Of a stretch of DNA of 64,000 bases, positions 22,667 through 32,356 are shown piece after piece. The notes below the pieces were generated by a model. The model ran no database searches. It was not told the origin of the DNA and worked only from the letters and a program-made list of their open reading frames with translations. The position numbers were made by a program, and so were the translations under genes. The stretch lies in contig OZ244779.1 of NCBI GenBank assembly GCA_965219575.1, positions 620,769 to 684,768 on the forward strand. The letters are read 5' to 3'. This DNA is from Candidatus Oxydemutatoraceae bacterium. GTDB taxonomy: Bacteria; Pseudomonadota; Gammaproteobacteria; Poriferisulfidales; Oxydemutatoraceae. Numbering within the stretch: position 1 is the first letter of the stretch; every line of letters begins with the position of its first letter.

Positions 22667-23684
22667 CACGTTTTAATGCAGATAAATTAGGAATGGGAAG
22701 GTAGTTCGGTATGTTTTTATAAAATTTTCCTCTACCATCTAAAGAAATAATTTTGATTGCCGGATTTAAGAATCTAAGCACATCTATAAAATACGAACCT
22801 GTGGTATAAATCAGCGAAGCTCTCGATAAAACCAAAAGATCTATTAAAGCATCCTGCTTTTGTTGATTGCCTGTGTATTCAGATTTTCTGTGTAAGGGAG
22901 TTGTATCATCGGATCGTTGAATATCTATACTAAAAACCCGACCGGGAAATGCAGCGTGGATTTGATCGATAAATTGTGATTGATCGGAACAAGCAAAAAT
23001 ACTACTATGGTCGTCTAAAACCTCTTTAAGATAGGCAATATAGTTCTCTATTTCTATGAATCTATATTCATTCGTGTCGCTCCCACGATAATGAACAGCG
23101 AGCCAGTCTCCTCGCAAATTATTATCAATCCATACATTCGCTTGCTGTTGAAGTTCCTCTTTCACTTTTAGCTTTGAGATTATTTTATGTCCGTACTCGG
23201 GAGGAATTATAGTTCTCGCATACCATATTAATATCTTAGTATCTTTGAAATGTGTAAGGTTTCCCGAAATTTCACGACACTTTTTTTCTGAAGATGTTAA
23301 TAGAGGGTTTTCAAAAAAATCATCGCGCTCGGGAAAATAGAAACCAACATTTATTTGTGCCTTTTCACAAAACCATTTAATCCCGATTACTAAATAAAGC
23401 ATTGTCGATAAAGAGTCCCGTTTTATTTTTATAAAAATAAAGCGTTTTTCATTAATAAGATGTCTGTTGTGTAAAACAAAGCTTCGTACACGACTAAATG
23501 ATTTTTTAATTATTGCAAAATATTTTCTAATCCGGGATTGAATTCCTTGCGTAGACTTTCGGGTTTCATGCCTAAACTTATTCATACACAGTCGGTATTT
23601 GGACGAATGGAATAAAATATAAGCAACCCAAATCCAACGTTTAATTTTAAGCCTAAGCCTAACATCAGAGTTTTTCTGAAACAT
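22656..23684 (-). CDS. NodZ-like (GT-B) fucosyltransferase, copy A
   Basis: AVHYRGSD, IFACSDQ and ALIDLLVLSRASLIYTTGS match alpha-1,2/1,6-fucosyltransferase motifs I-III; AT-rich. Confidence 0.7.
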   Translation of the reverse strand: MFQKNSDVRLRLKIKRWIWVAYILFHSSKYRLCMNKFRHETRKSTQGIQSRIRKYFAIIKKSFSRVRSFVLHNRHLINEKRFIFIKIKRDSLSTMLYLVIGIKWFCEKAQINVGFYFPERDDFFENPLLTSSEKKCREISGNLTHFKDTKILIWYARTIIPPEYGHKIISKLKVKEELQQQANVWIDNNLRGDWLAVHYRGSDTNEYRFIEIENYIAYLKEVLDDHSSIFACSDQSQFIDQIHAAFPGRVFSIDIQRSDDTTPLHRKSEYTGNQQKQDALIDLLVLSRASLIYTTGSYFIDVLRFLNPAIKIISLDGRGKFYKNIPNYLPIPNLSALKREGC

Positions 23685-23762
23685 TTGAGGCTACGATAGA
23701 ATAGATTGTGGCTATATTAGTTTATATCGCTTTTCATGTCAGCCTACGAAAAACTTAAAATA

Positions 23763-23861
23763 TACGCACATCGTTATTTTCCTTAATGACATCGCCCGGC
23801 ATCTTGCCCAATAGCTTGAGCGGGCTCGTAGGTGGCGGTCGTCGGACATGATAAATGACAT
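23763..23861 (-). pseudogene. Duplicated 5' fragment of ppc
   Basis: Aligns with 22183-22281, with substitutions and a small indel. Confidence 0.8.
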
Positions 23862-23919
23862 AATAAAAACTCGTCAAAGCGGTTATTTTAGCAGGCAACG
23901 CAATATCTGCTCATGAGAG

Positions 23920-24969
23920 CTAATCCCGTCGCTTACGCTTACAACGTTTTAACGCAGATAAATTAGGAATGGGTAGATAGTTCGGTATATTTTTATAAAA
24001 TTTTCCTCTACCGTCTAAAGAAATAATTTTGATTGCCGGATTTAAGAACCTACTCACATCTATAAAATACGAACCTGTAGCATAAATCAGCGAAGCTCTC
24101 GATAAAACCAAAAGATCTATTAAAGCATCCTGCTTTTGTTGATTGCCTGTGTATTCAGATTTTCTGTGTAAGGGAGTTGTATCATCGGATCGTTGAATAT
24201 CTCTGCTAAAAACCCGACCGGGAAATGCAGCGTGGATTTGATCGATAAATTGTGATTGATCGGAACAAGCAAAAATACTACTATGGTCGTCTAAAACCTT
24301 TTTAAGATAGGCAATGTAATTCTCTATTCTTATTACTCTATATTTATTAGCTTTTCTAGCGTCGGTGCCACGATAATGAACAGCGAGCCAGTCTCCTCGC
24401 AAATTATTATCAATCCATACACTCGCTTGCTGTTGAAGTTCTTCTTTTACTTTTAGCTTTGAGATTATTTTATGTCCGTACTCGGAAGGAATCATAGTTC
24501 TTGCACAATATATTAATAGGTTAGTATTTCTGAAATGTGTGAAATTTCCAGAAATTTCACGACACTTTTTTTCTGAAGATGCTAATAGAGAGTTTTCAAA
24601 AAAATCATCACACTCGACAAAATGGAAACCGACATTTATTTGTGCCTTTTCACAAAACCATTTAATCCCGATTACTAAATAAAGCATTGTTGATAAAGAG
24701 TCCCGTTTTATTTTTATAAAAATAAAATGTTTTTCATTGATAAAATGTCTGTTGCGTAAACCAAAGTTTCGCAAACGACCATAGAGTCCTTTAATTATTC
24801 TAGAGTATTGTTCAATCGGGGATCGAGTTCCTCTTTTAGGCTTTCGGGCTTCCTGCTTAAACTGATCCAGATACAGTTGATATTTGGACGAATGGAATAA
24901 AATATAAGCAACCCAAATCCAACGTTTAATTTTAAGCTTAATCTTCAGATTAGAGTTTTTCTGAAACAT
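23920..24969 (-). CDS. NodZ-like fucosyltransferase, copy B
   Basis: Close paralog of 22656..23684 with the same motifs. Confidence 0.7.
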   Translation of the reverse strand: MFQKNSNLKIKLKIKRWIWVAYILFHSSKYQLYLDQFKQEARKPKRGTRSPIEQYSRIIKGLYGRLRNFGLRNRHFINEKHFIFIKIKRDSLSTMLYLVIGIKWFCEKAQINVGFHFVECDDFFENSLLASSEKKCREISGNFTHFRNTNLLIYCARTMIPSEYGHKIISKLKVKEELQQQASVWIDNNLRGDWLAVHYRGTDARKANKYRVIRIENYIAYLKKVLDDHSSIFACSDQSQFIDQIHAAFPGRVFSRDIQRSDDTTPLHRKSEYTGNQQKQDALIDLLVLSRASLIYATGSYFIDVSRFLNPAIKIISLDGRGKFYKNIPNYLPIPNLSALKRCKRKRRD

Positions 24970-25133
24970 TTGATACTACGATAGAATAGATTATTATCAT
25001 ATTAGTTTATGGCACTTGCCATATCAGCGACGAAAAACTTAAATATGTAAGATTGCCGAAAATATTTTATACTGAGTTGATAATGAATAAACCTAATTAC
25101 AGAAAATATAACATAATACACTAAAAAGATTTC

Positions 25134-25616
25134 ATGCGCGCACAGTTCTTAATTGCTATATTGCTCTTTATCTTTTGGTTGACACTATCGGGATACTATA
25201 GTTTCTTAACGATAGCACTCGGTATCGCAAGCGTAGCCCTCGTTATCTATTTATCGACGCGTATGCGCGTCATAGGTACCGGTGAACATCGCCCGACACT
25301 CTATCTAAAGCTACCCGTCTATGCCGTTTGGCTGATTTGGCAAATAATTTTAAGCAACCTGCGAGTCGCATATAGCATCATGCATCCACGCTTACCTATA
25401 AAGCCGCAATATCTAAAAGTAAAACTCGTCGGTAAGCATCCCTTATTACATCTAATACACGCAAACTCCATCACGCTTACCCCCGGCACGATCAGTGCAG
25501 ATATTGAAGACGGCTTTATACATGTGCACGCGTTAAGCGATGCGAATGTCCGTGATCTGCTCGACGGCAAAATGACGGAGAAAATACGATGGCTACAAGG
25601 AAAGCATGATGATTGA
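25134..25616 (+). CDS. mrpE: Na+/H+ antiporter subunit E
   Basis: ANSITLTPGT and VHAL motifs. Confidence 0.92.
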   Translation: MRAQFLIAILLFIFWLTLSGYYSFLTIALGIASVALVIYLSTRMRVIGTGEHRPTLYLKLPVYAVWLIWQIILSNLRVAYSIMHPRLPIKPQYLKVKLVGKHPLLHLIHANSITLTPGTISADIEDGFIHVHALSDANVRDLLDGKMTEKIRWLQGKHDD

Positions 25617-25908
25617 GGTGATGGCGGGCTTGTTGCTATTTGCGATGTTGCTGGTTCTACTGCACGCCACCCTTGCCCGGCAGATATTCGACCAAGTGCT
25701 TGCAATCAATACTTTCGGCACGATTACTATATTATTGATTGTCGTCATCGGCGGGTTGTCGGGACGCGATTATTTCATAGATATCGCATTGCTGTACGCA
25801 CTGGTCAATTTTGTAAGCATCGTTACTCTGTTGCGGCTGTTCGATAAGAAAGGACGGGGTTGGCTATCGTTTTCCGAAACCGAACACGAGAGGGCATCCG
25901 ATGATTGA
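25606..25908 (+). CDS. mrpF: Na+/H+ antiporter subunit F
   Basis: Three TM helices, DIALLYALVNF. Confidence 0.88.
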   Translation: MMIEVMAGLLLFAMLLVLLHATLARQIFDQVLAINTFGTITILLIVVIGGLSGRDYFIDIALLYALVNFVSIVTLLRLFDKKGRGWLSFSETEHERASDD

Positions 25909-26182
25909 GATGTTAAGTTGGGGTTTTGCCATAGCCGGCGGCATACTCGTAGTCATTGGTGCCGTCGGTATGTTGCGCATGCCGGATTTTGAAACTCGCT
26001 CACACGCCGCAAGCCTCGTGGATATATTGGGCGCATCGCTGATTATCATTGCGGTGATATTACAATACGGTTGGTCTATAGTCTCGCTAAAACTCGCTTT
26101 GATTATATTGTTCCTAGTAATCACCTCTCCCGTTGCAATACACGCATTGTTCAATATCCACCAATCCAGGAGACCGGAATGA
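25901..26182 (+). CDS. mrpG: Na+/H+ antiporter subunit G
   Basis: GMLRMPDF.TRSHAAS motif. Confidence 0.88.
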   Translation: MIEMLSWGFAIAGGILVVIGAVGMLRMPDFETRSHAASLVDILGASLIIIAVILQYGWSIVSLKLALIILFLVITSPVAIHALFNIHQSRRPE

Positions 26183-26727
26183 TAGACGACTATATATTCT
26201 TGTTGATCTTGTTGCTACTCGTGGCAACCGCTTTTATTATCGCCCGCACAAAAAATCTGTTCTCGGTCGCTTTTTTAGCCGGCATCTTGAGTCTATTGGC
26301 GTCATCGCTTTATATGATATTACACGCGCCCGATGTCGCTTTTACCGAAGCTGCCGTGGGAGCCGGCATCAGCACCGTACTATTCCTGGAGGCAATCGCT
26401 GCCGTAGGAGAGGAGCGAGTTTATGTTGTAGCGATGAAAATTCCTGCACTCATCTTGTCTTTTGCCGTCGGTGCTTTGGTCTACTATTCTATGCTCGATT
26501 TACCCGCATTGGGTGATGCAGACGCGGCACTGCACGCTTATGTCGCGCGCTATTATTTGGAACATTCAATGCACGATATCGGCATCCCGAATGTGGTGAC
26601 TTCGATATTGGCAAGTTATCGCGGCATGGATACGCTGGGAGAGGTCGCGGTTATTTTCACCGCCGGTGTCGGTGTATTGATTATATTGGGTAGCCGTATA
26701 GTTAAGAGTAAACATAATGATCATTAG
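26179..26727 (+). CDS. Mrp antiporter DUF4040/MrpB-related subunit
   Basis: APDVAFTEAAVGAG and NVVTSILASYRGMDTLGE. Confidence 0.88.
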   Translation: MIDDYIFLLILLLLVATAFIIARTKNLFSVAFLAGILSLLASSLYMILHAPDVAFTEAAVGAGISTVLFLEAIAAVGEERVYVVAMKIPALILSFAVGALVYYSMLDLPALGDADAALHAYVARYYLEHSMHDIGIPNVVTSILASYRGMDTLGEVAVIFTAGVGVLIILGSRIVKSKHNDH

Positions 26728-27142
26728 AAAAAATCCGATAATTCGAGAAACCGTACATACCTCGGTACCGACGATATTGCTCTACGCACTTTATGTGCAA
26801 TTCCACGGCGAATACGGACCGGGTGGCGGTTTTCAAGCCGGCGTGATATTCGCAATCGCTTTGGTGCTTTACGCATTAAGCTATGGTGTAAAAAGGGCTC
26901 GGCGCGTTATCTCTATACGTACCGCACAGATATTGGCAAGTTTTGGGCTCAGCCTTTATATATTAGTCGGCTTTGCGGGCATGGTGATGGGCGGACAGTT
27001 CCTAGACTACTCGGTGCTAATGGAGCAGCCGCTTTCGGCACAACATCTGGGCATCGTACTGATTGAACTCGGGGTCGGCATCACCATAGTCGGGGTTGTA
27101 ATGTTGATATTTTACTTATTAATGGAGGAGGTCGACAAATAA
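26717..27142 (+). CDS. mrpB: Na+/H+ antiporter subunit B
   Basis: HGEYGPGGGFQAG. Confidence 0.9.
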   Translation: MIIRKNPIIRETVHTSVPTILLYALYVQFHGEYGPGGGFQAGVIFAIALVLYALSYGVKRARRVISIRTAQILASFGLSLYILVGFAGMVMGGQFLDYSVLMEQPLSAQHLGIVLIELGVGITIVGVVMLIFYLLMEEVDK

Positions 27143-27144
27143 CT

Positions 27145-27510
27145 ATGGATGCTTCTTTTCAACCTTATATGCACTTGCTCATCTCAACACTCCTCGCAAT
27201 AGGGCTTTATATCACGATAGCCTACGATAATCTGATTAAAAAATTAATCGGCATCGGCATATTGCAAACCTCCGTTTTTATTTTTTTCATATCGGCAAGC
27301 ACCGTCGTCGGCAGCACCGCACCGCTATTGTCTCCCGACTATGATGTTTATGCAAACCCCTTGCCCCATGTGCTGATACTCACTGCGATCGTTGTCAATG
27401 TTTCGATGACTGCGGTCGGGCTCGCCTTGATTATCAAAATAAAAAAATCTTCTTCGGCAGAGGCGCAAACGGCACCATCCGAGACCGAAAAGAATTATAC
27501 CTCCGATTAG
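27145..27510 (+). CDS. mrpC: Na+/H+ antiporter subunit C
   Basis: NLIKKLIG and NPLPHVLILTAIVV. Confidence 0.9.
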   Translation: MDASFQPYMHLLISTLLAIGLYITIAYDNLIKKLIGIGILQTSVFIFFISASTVVGSTAPLLSPDYDVYANPLPHVLILTAIVVNVSMTAVGLALIIKIKKSSSAEAQTAPSETEKNYTSD

Positions 27511-27530
27511 GAGCCGTTTCCTAAATCCCG

Positions 27531-28991
27531 ATGCTGATATACATCCCTGTGCTGGTCGTTGCACTGCCGTTGCTTTGCGCACCGCTGTGCTTATTGTTAC
27601 GCAACCCTAAACATCTTTACATTTTGTCTTTGGTCGTCGGCGTCGTGTCGTTTGCGGCGTGTGATTGGATGCTGGCATACATCCCCGATATGGTAACAAT
27701 ACCTTATTACTTAGGCGGCTGGGTACCGCCTTTCGGCATCGCTTATCAGGTTGATTTGTTCAACGCATTGGTGGCTTTCGTATTAAGCATCGTCTTTTTG
27801 GCGGTATTCTTGTATATTCCCAAGAGTTTTGCGGTAGAACTTGCAGAACGGCATCGGTATCCCGTCTACAGTGCATTGTTCATAGTGCAAGCCGGCTTTA
27901 TGGGTGTTGTCGTATCCGACGATTTGTTCAATATCTATGTCTTTTTGGAAATGGCATCGCTCGCCAGCTATGGGTTGACCGCTGCCAGAGGCAAACCGGA
28001 TGACTTGAATGCGGCTTATCAATATCTGTTGTTGGGCACTTTGGGCGCAGTATTTTTATTGCTGGGCATCGGCTATTTGTATGTGTTGAGCGGCACACTA
28101 AATCTGAGCGACCTATCGATGCGTATACCGGCATTGCTGGACACAAAGGCGGGGCTGGCGGCATTGGTCTTTATCGGCGTCGGTTTATTGTTAAAAAGTG
28201 CCATCTTTCCTTTGCATTTATGGTTACCTCGTGTTTATACGCACACGCCGTCGCCGATCAGCGCACTATTTTCCGGGATAAGTAGCAAGGTTGCGCTTTA
28301 TCTGTTAATCCGCTTTTATTTCGATGTGTTCGGCGGCTCTACATTCTCGGCGCACTTGGGCAACATCCTATTGCTTTTGGGTAGCCTTTCTATCTTATTC
28401 GGTTCGTTCGTCGCTTGCCGGCAACAACATCTCAAAAGAATGATGGCTTATTCGAGCATTGCACAACTGGGTTATATCGTCGTTGCGATAGGACTGCTGA
28501 GTGCTGCCGGACTCGGTGCGGCATTGATACATGTGTTTAACCATGCAATTATAAAGTGTATGCTGTTTTTAGCGTTGGGCAGTGTGGTGTATCGTATGGG
28601 AGACTGTACAATCGCCGACCTGCGCGGCTTATCCACGCAAATGCCGTTGACTACTGCGGCATTGGTAATCGGCGGTTTGGGACTCATCGGTATCCCGTTG
28701 ACCTCGGGCTTCATAAGCAAGTGGTATTTAATCGCCGCCGCTCTGGAGGCGGATGCTTGGCATATCGTAATCGTAGTGCTGGTAGGTTCTTTGCTCGGCT
28801 TGGTTTATGTCTGGCGTTTGATAGAAGCCGCTTATTTTGAAAAAGGGCCGTCGGTTGCCGTCGAAGAGGCTCCGATTAGCATGAACATTGCCGTCTATGC
28901 GCTGGTTTTCATTATCATCAATATCGGCATCCTGCCTACTTGGCTAACCGAGATTTGCCTGCAGGTCGGTAATCAGCTGTGGAGGCAATGA
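27531..28991 (+). CDS. mrpD: Na+/H+ antiporter subunit D family
   Basis: DLFNIYVFLE, FPLHLWLP, KRMMAYSS. Confidence 0.9.
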   Translation: MLIYIPVLVVALPLLCAPLCLLLRNPKHLYILSLVVGVVSFAACDWMLAYIPDMVTIPYYLGGWVPPFGIAYQVDLFNALVAFVLSIVFLAVFLYIPKSFAVELAERHRYPVYSALFIVQAGFMGVVVSDDLFNIYVFLEMASLASYGLTAARGKPDDLNAAYQYLLLGTLGAVFLLLGIGYLYVLSGTLNLSDLSMRIPALLDTKAGLAALVFIGVGLLLKSAIFPLHLWLPRVYTHTPSPISALFSGISSKVALYLLIRFYFDVFGGSTFSAHLGNILLLLGSLSILFGSFVACRQQHLKRMMAYSSIAQLGYIVVAIGLLSAAGLGAALIHVFNHAIIKCMLFLALGSVVYRMGDCTIADLRGLSTQMPLTTAALVIGGLGLIGIPLTSGFISKWYLIAAALEADAWHIVIVVLVGSLLGLVYVWRLIEAAYFEKGPSVAVEEAPISMNIAVYALVFIIINIGILPTWLTEICLQVGNQLWRQ

Positions 28992-30427
28992 TGGCATCGG
29001 GAACCTTGTTGTGGTGTCTTGCAGTGCCGTTTGCGGCAGCTGCGTTGATTGTATTGAGCTATAAAAAACCGAACCTGATCAATACGATCAATACCGTCGC
29101 ACCGTTTATTTCGCTGCTTGCTTTGATATTGTTTGCAATGGATTATACGCCGATGCTCGACTCAAACATTGTGTTGTTGGATATCGTCGGCAATATCGGC
29201 ATTGCTTTTTCGGCGGAACCCTTGGGATTGATATTTGCCGGATTGGTTTGCATACTGTGGCCGGTGAGTTCGCTGTACGCAATGAGCTATATGTATAGGA
29301 ATAAGCTGAGACGGACTACGCACTTCTTTGCGTGTTATAGCCTTGCGATAGGCAGTGCTCTGGGCATTGCGTTTGCCGACAATTTACTCACGCTCTTTAT
29401 ATTCTACGAGATATTGAGTTTCAGTACCTACCCGTTGGTTGTTCATAGCCGTAGTGCCGAAGCCCTAAAAGCCGGGTGGCTTTATTTGCTGACACTGGTC
29501 GGCACGGCACTATTTTTACTAATCGCTATTATTTGGATCGGCTTCAACACCGGCACCTTGGATTTCGAGAAAGGCGGTATTATGCAAGGTAATGCGAGCG
29601 ACTTGGAGATTACCGTGTTGCTACTTTTGGTCGTCTTGGGCGCGTCTAAAGCTGCGATTATGCCGTTGCATCGCTGGTTGCCGAGTGCGATGGTGGCACC
29701 GGTGCCGGTCAGTGCCCTGCTCCACGCCGTCGCAGTCGTCAAAGCAGGTGTATTTACGATTATGAAACTCGTGGTCTATACATTCGGGATAGATACTCTA
29801 ACAGCGGTAGAAACCGACTGGTTTGTTTATCTTGCCGGCTTCACCGTTTTAGCAGCATCGGTTATTGCGATGCGACAAGCGCAGTTAAAAAAATTATTGG
29901 CATACTCGACGATCAGCCAGCTTTCTTATATCGTTTTGGGCATTGCGATATTGCATCCTGTCGCATTGCTGGGTGCCACGCTACATCTGGTCGCCCATGG
30001 TTTTGCCAAAATCACCTTGTTTTTCGGTGCCGGTGCGATTTACACGGCAAACGGTTATAGTCAGGTGCGAGAACTCGACGGTATCGGGCGCACGATGCCG
30101 TGGACGATGGGATTGTTCACGGTGGCAGCCCTCTCCATTATCGGGATGCCGCCGCTGATAGGATTGACCAGTAAATGGTTTTTATTGGAAGGTGCCGTTG
30201 CCTCCAAGACCTATGTTGCAATCGGCGTTTTTGTCGTCGGTAGCGTTTTGAGTGCCGCCTACTTATTGCCGATTATTCATCGAGCATTTTTCAGGTCTAG
30301 AGTTAATCTAAGCGGCGGCGAGGCACCGCTGGTGATGCGATTTGCAATGCTTGTTCCGGTGTTGATTTGCATACTGCTATTCTTTTATAACCGGAATATT
30401 ATCTCTTTGGTCGGGAACATATTATGA
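28988..30427 (+). CDS. MrpD/MrpA-like proton-conducting subunit (second)
   Basis: PLHRWLPSAMVAP, KKLLAYSTISQL. Confidence 0.88.
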   Translation: MMASGTLLWCLAVPFAAAALIVLSYKKPNLINTINTVAPFISLLALILFAMDYTPMLDSNIVLLDIVGNIGIAFSAEPLGLIFAGLVCILWPVSSLYAMSYMYRNKLRRTTHFFACYSLAIGSALGIAFADNLLTLFIFYEILSFSTYPLVVHSRSAEALKAGWLYLLTLVGTALFLLIAIIWIGFNTGTLDFEKGGIMQGNASDLEITVLLLLVVLGASKAAIMPLHRWLPSAMVAPVPVSALLHAVAVVKAGVFTIMKLVVYTFGIDTLTAVETDWFVYLAGFTVLAASVIAMRQAQLKKLLAYSTISQLSYIVLGIAILHPVALLGATLHLVAHGFAKITLFFGAGAIYTANGYSQVRELDGIGRTMPWTMGLFTVAALSIIGMPPLIGLTSKWFLLEGAVASKTYVAIGVFVVGSVLSAAYLLPIIHRAFFRSRVNLSGGEAPLVMRFAMLVPVLICILLFFYNRNIISLVGNIL

Positions 30428-30642
30428 AAGAACATTGGTCGCGTAGCGTGCGTCGGTTGCTCTCTATTTTATTGCTGTTTGCCGGATTACTACTACTGTT
30501 GGAATTCCAACTCGGTGAACACGCCAAAAATATTACCGGGTTTTATGCCGGGGTCGGTTTTCTAGCTTGCATCGGATTAATCGCAACCGCCTTACTGCTC
30601 GGGAAAATAATAAAGCGAAAGGATAATCATTATGAGCGTTGA
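30424..30642 (+). CDS. Small membrane protein in the mrp operon
   Basis: Two TM helices; overlaps both neighbours; KRKDNHY tail. Confidence 0.75.
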   Translation: MKEHWSRSVRRLLSILLLFAGLLLLLEFQLGEHAKNITGFYAGVGFLACIGLIATALLLGKIIKRKDNHYER

Positions 30643-32299
30643 TTGGTTAATGTCGCCGGGGCTGATCTTGTTCGGTGGTGCCGTTCTCGCCTACTATTTA
30701 AGAGGGCGCAGCAGGGTTATTTTGTTGTTGCTACCGTTGCTGTGTCTGGCAATGATTTGGCTGGGTGAGGACTCGGTGGTCGTCGAGTTGATGGGATATG
30801 AATTGATCCTCGTCCAAAAAAGTGCCTTGGGATTACTCTTTGCGACGACCTTCGCAGTGATGGCTTTAGGCGGCTTATGGTTCGCATTGAAACAAGCATC
30901 TCGCACCGAATTATCCGCCGCACAGCTGTACGCAGGTAGCTCAATCGGCTTGGTGCTTTGCGGCGACTTCATCACATTCTTTATATTCTGGGAGCTTATG
31001 GCAATCGGTTCAACTTGGATTCTATTCTCGACCGGTACGGCTACCTCTTTTAATGCGGCGATGCGTTATGCCCTGATACATTTATTTTCCGGCATGCTGT
31101 TACTGTGGGGCATCGTCGGTTTGATCGAACACAGCGGCGATGCCGGTTTACGTCTGCTCGGCTTATCGTCCATTTACGAGTGGTTGATACTCATAGGTTT
31201 TCTGATCAACGCCGGCGCACCACCGCTGTCGGCGTGGGTTGCGGACGCTTATCCCGAAGGAAGTATCGGCGGGAGTGTCTTTCTATCGGCGTTTACGACA
31301 AAATCGGCAGTCTTCGCCTTGCTGATCGTATTTGCCGGAACGACGATTTTGATTCCGATCGGATTGTATATGATTTTCTACGGCATCATCTACGCACTAC
31401 TGGAAAACGATATGCGCAGGATCCTTGCATATAGTATCGTCAATCAGGTCGGCTTTATGGTGGCAGGTACGGGTATCGGTAGCGAGATGGCAATCAACGG
31501 CGCAGCTGCCCATGCCTCGGTGCATATCCTCTATAAGGCTTTATTGTTTATGTCGGCAGGTAGCGTGTTATACGCAACCGGACAAAGAAAATGCTCCAAT
31601 CTCGGCGGACTGCATCGGGTCATGCGCCTAACGATGATCTGCGGGCTAATCGGTGCCGTCTCTATTTCGGCAGTACCTTTGACCTCGGGTTTCGTTATAA
31701 AATCACTGGTCGGCGACGCTGCGCTTGAAGCAGGAATGACTTGGGTTTGGGGTGCCTTGCTGATTGCCTCGGCCGGGATTATGCACGCCGGCATTATGTT
31801 CCCATGGTTCGTTTTTTTTCAAAACAAGCCACAACCCCATTCGGTTATTGCAGTGCCGACCAATATGAAAGCGGCAATGGTCTTTTTCTCGGTGCTATGT
31901 ATCGGTGTGGGTGTATTCCCTCACCTGTTCTACCAACTACTTCCTTACCCTATCGACTATCAGCCGTATACCTTTGCCCGTGTGGTGTCGCAATCCCAGC
32001 TATTACTGTTCGCCGTAATCGGCTTCATCATCATGTTGCCGTTGCTCAAACGAACACAAACCATCACCCTAGACCTTGATTGGTTGTATCGTCGTCTGCC
32101 GACATGCCTATGGCATTATCTCAAACCACCGTATTTGCGTATAGAAAAACTATATTGCCGTATCCACGAGCAAGGACTATACACGCTGGAGAGAGGCGGG
32201 AGATACCTCCATGCATACGGACGAGATGTATCCACCACCACACTGATAATCGTTATGGGAATCGTGCTTTCGGTGTTGCTGTTGGTTTATTATTTCTAG
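30632..32299 (+). CDS. Na+/H+ antiporter subunit D family (third)
   Basis: FWELMA, DAYPE, ENDMRRILAYS. Confidence 0.88.
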   Translation: MSVDWLMSPGLILFGGAVLAYYLRGRSRVILLLLPLLCLAMIWLGEDSVVVELMGYELILVQKSALGLLFATTFAVMALGGLWFALKQASRTELSAAQLYAGSSIGLVLCGDFITFFIFWELMAIGSTWILFSTGTATSFNAAMRYALIHLFSGMLLLWGIVGLIEHSGDAGLRLLGLSSIYEWLILIGFLINAGAPPLSAWVADAYPEGSIGGSVFLSAFTTKSAVFALLIVFAGTTILIPIGLYMIFYGIIYALLENDMRRILAYSIVNQVGFMVAGTGIGSEMAINGAAAHASVHILYKALLFMSAGSVLYATGQRKCSNLGGLHRVMRLTMICGLIGAVSISAVPLTSGFVIKSLVGDAALEAGMTWVWGALLIASAGIMHAGIMFPWFVFFQNKPQPHSVIAVPTNMKAAMVFFSVLCIGVGVFPHLFYQLLPYPIDYQPYTFARVVSQSQLLLFAVIGFIIMLPLLKRTQTITLDLDWLYRRLPTCLWHYLKPPYLRIEKLYCRIHEQGLYTLERGGRYLHAYGRDVSTTTLIIVMGIVLSVLLLVYYF

Positions 32300-32356
32300 A
32301 ACTGCGTCGAACTTGGCTATTGCGCAAGATACTTGATAACAACAACAACTTTAGTG

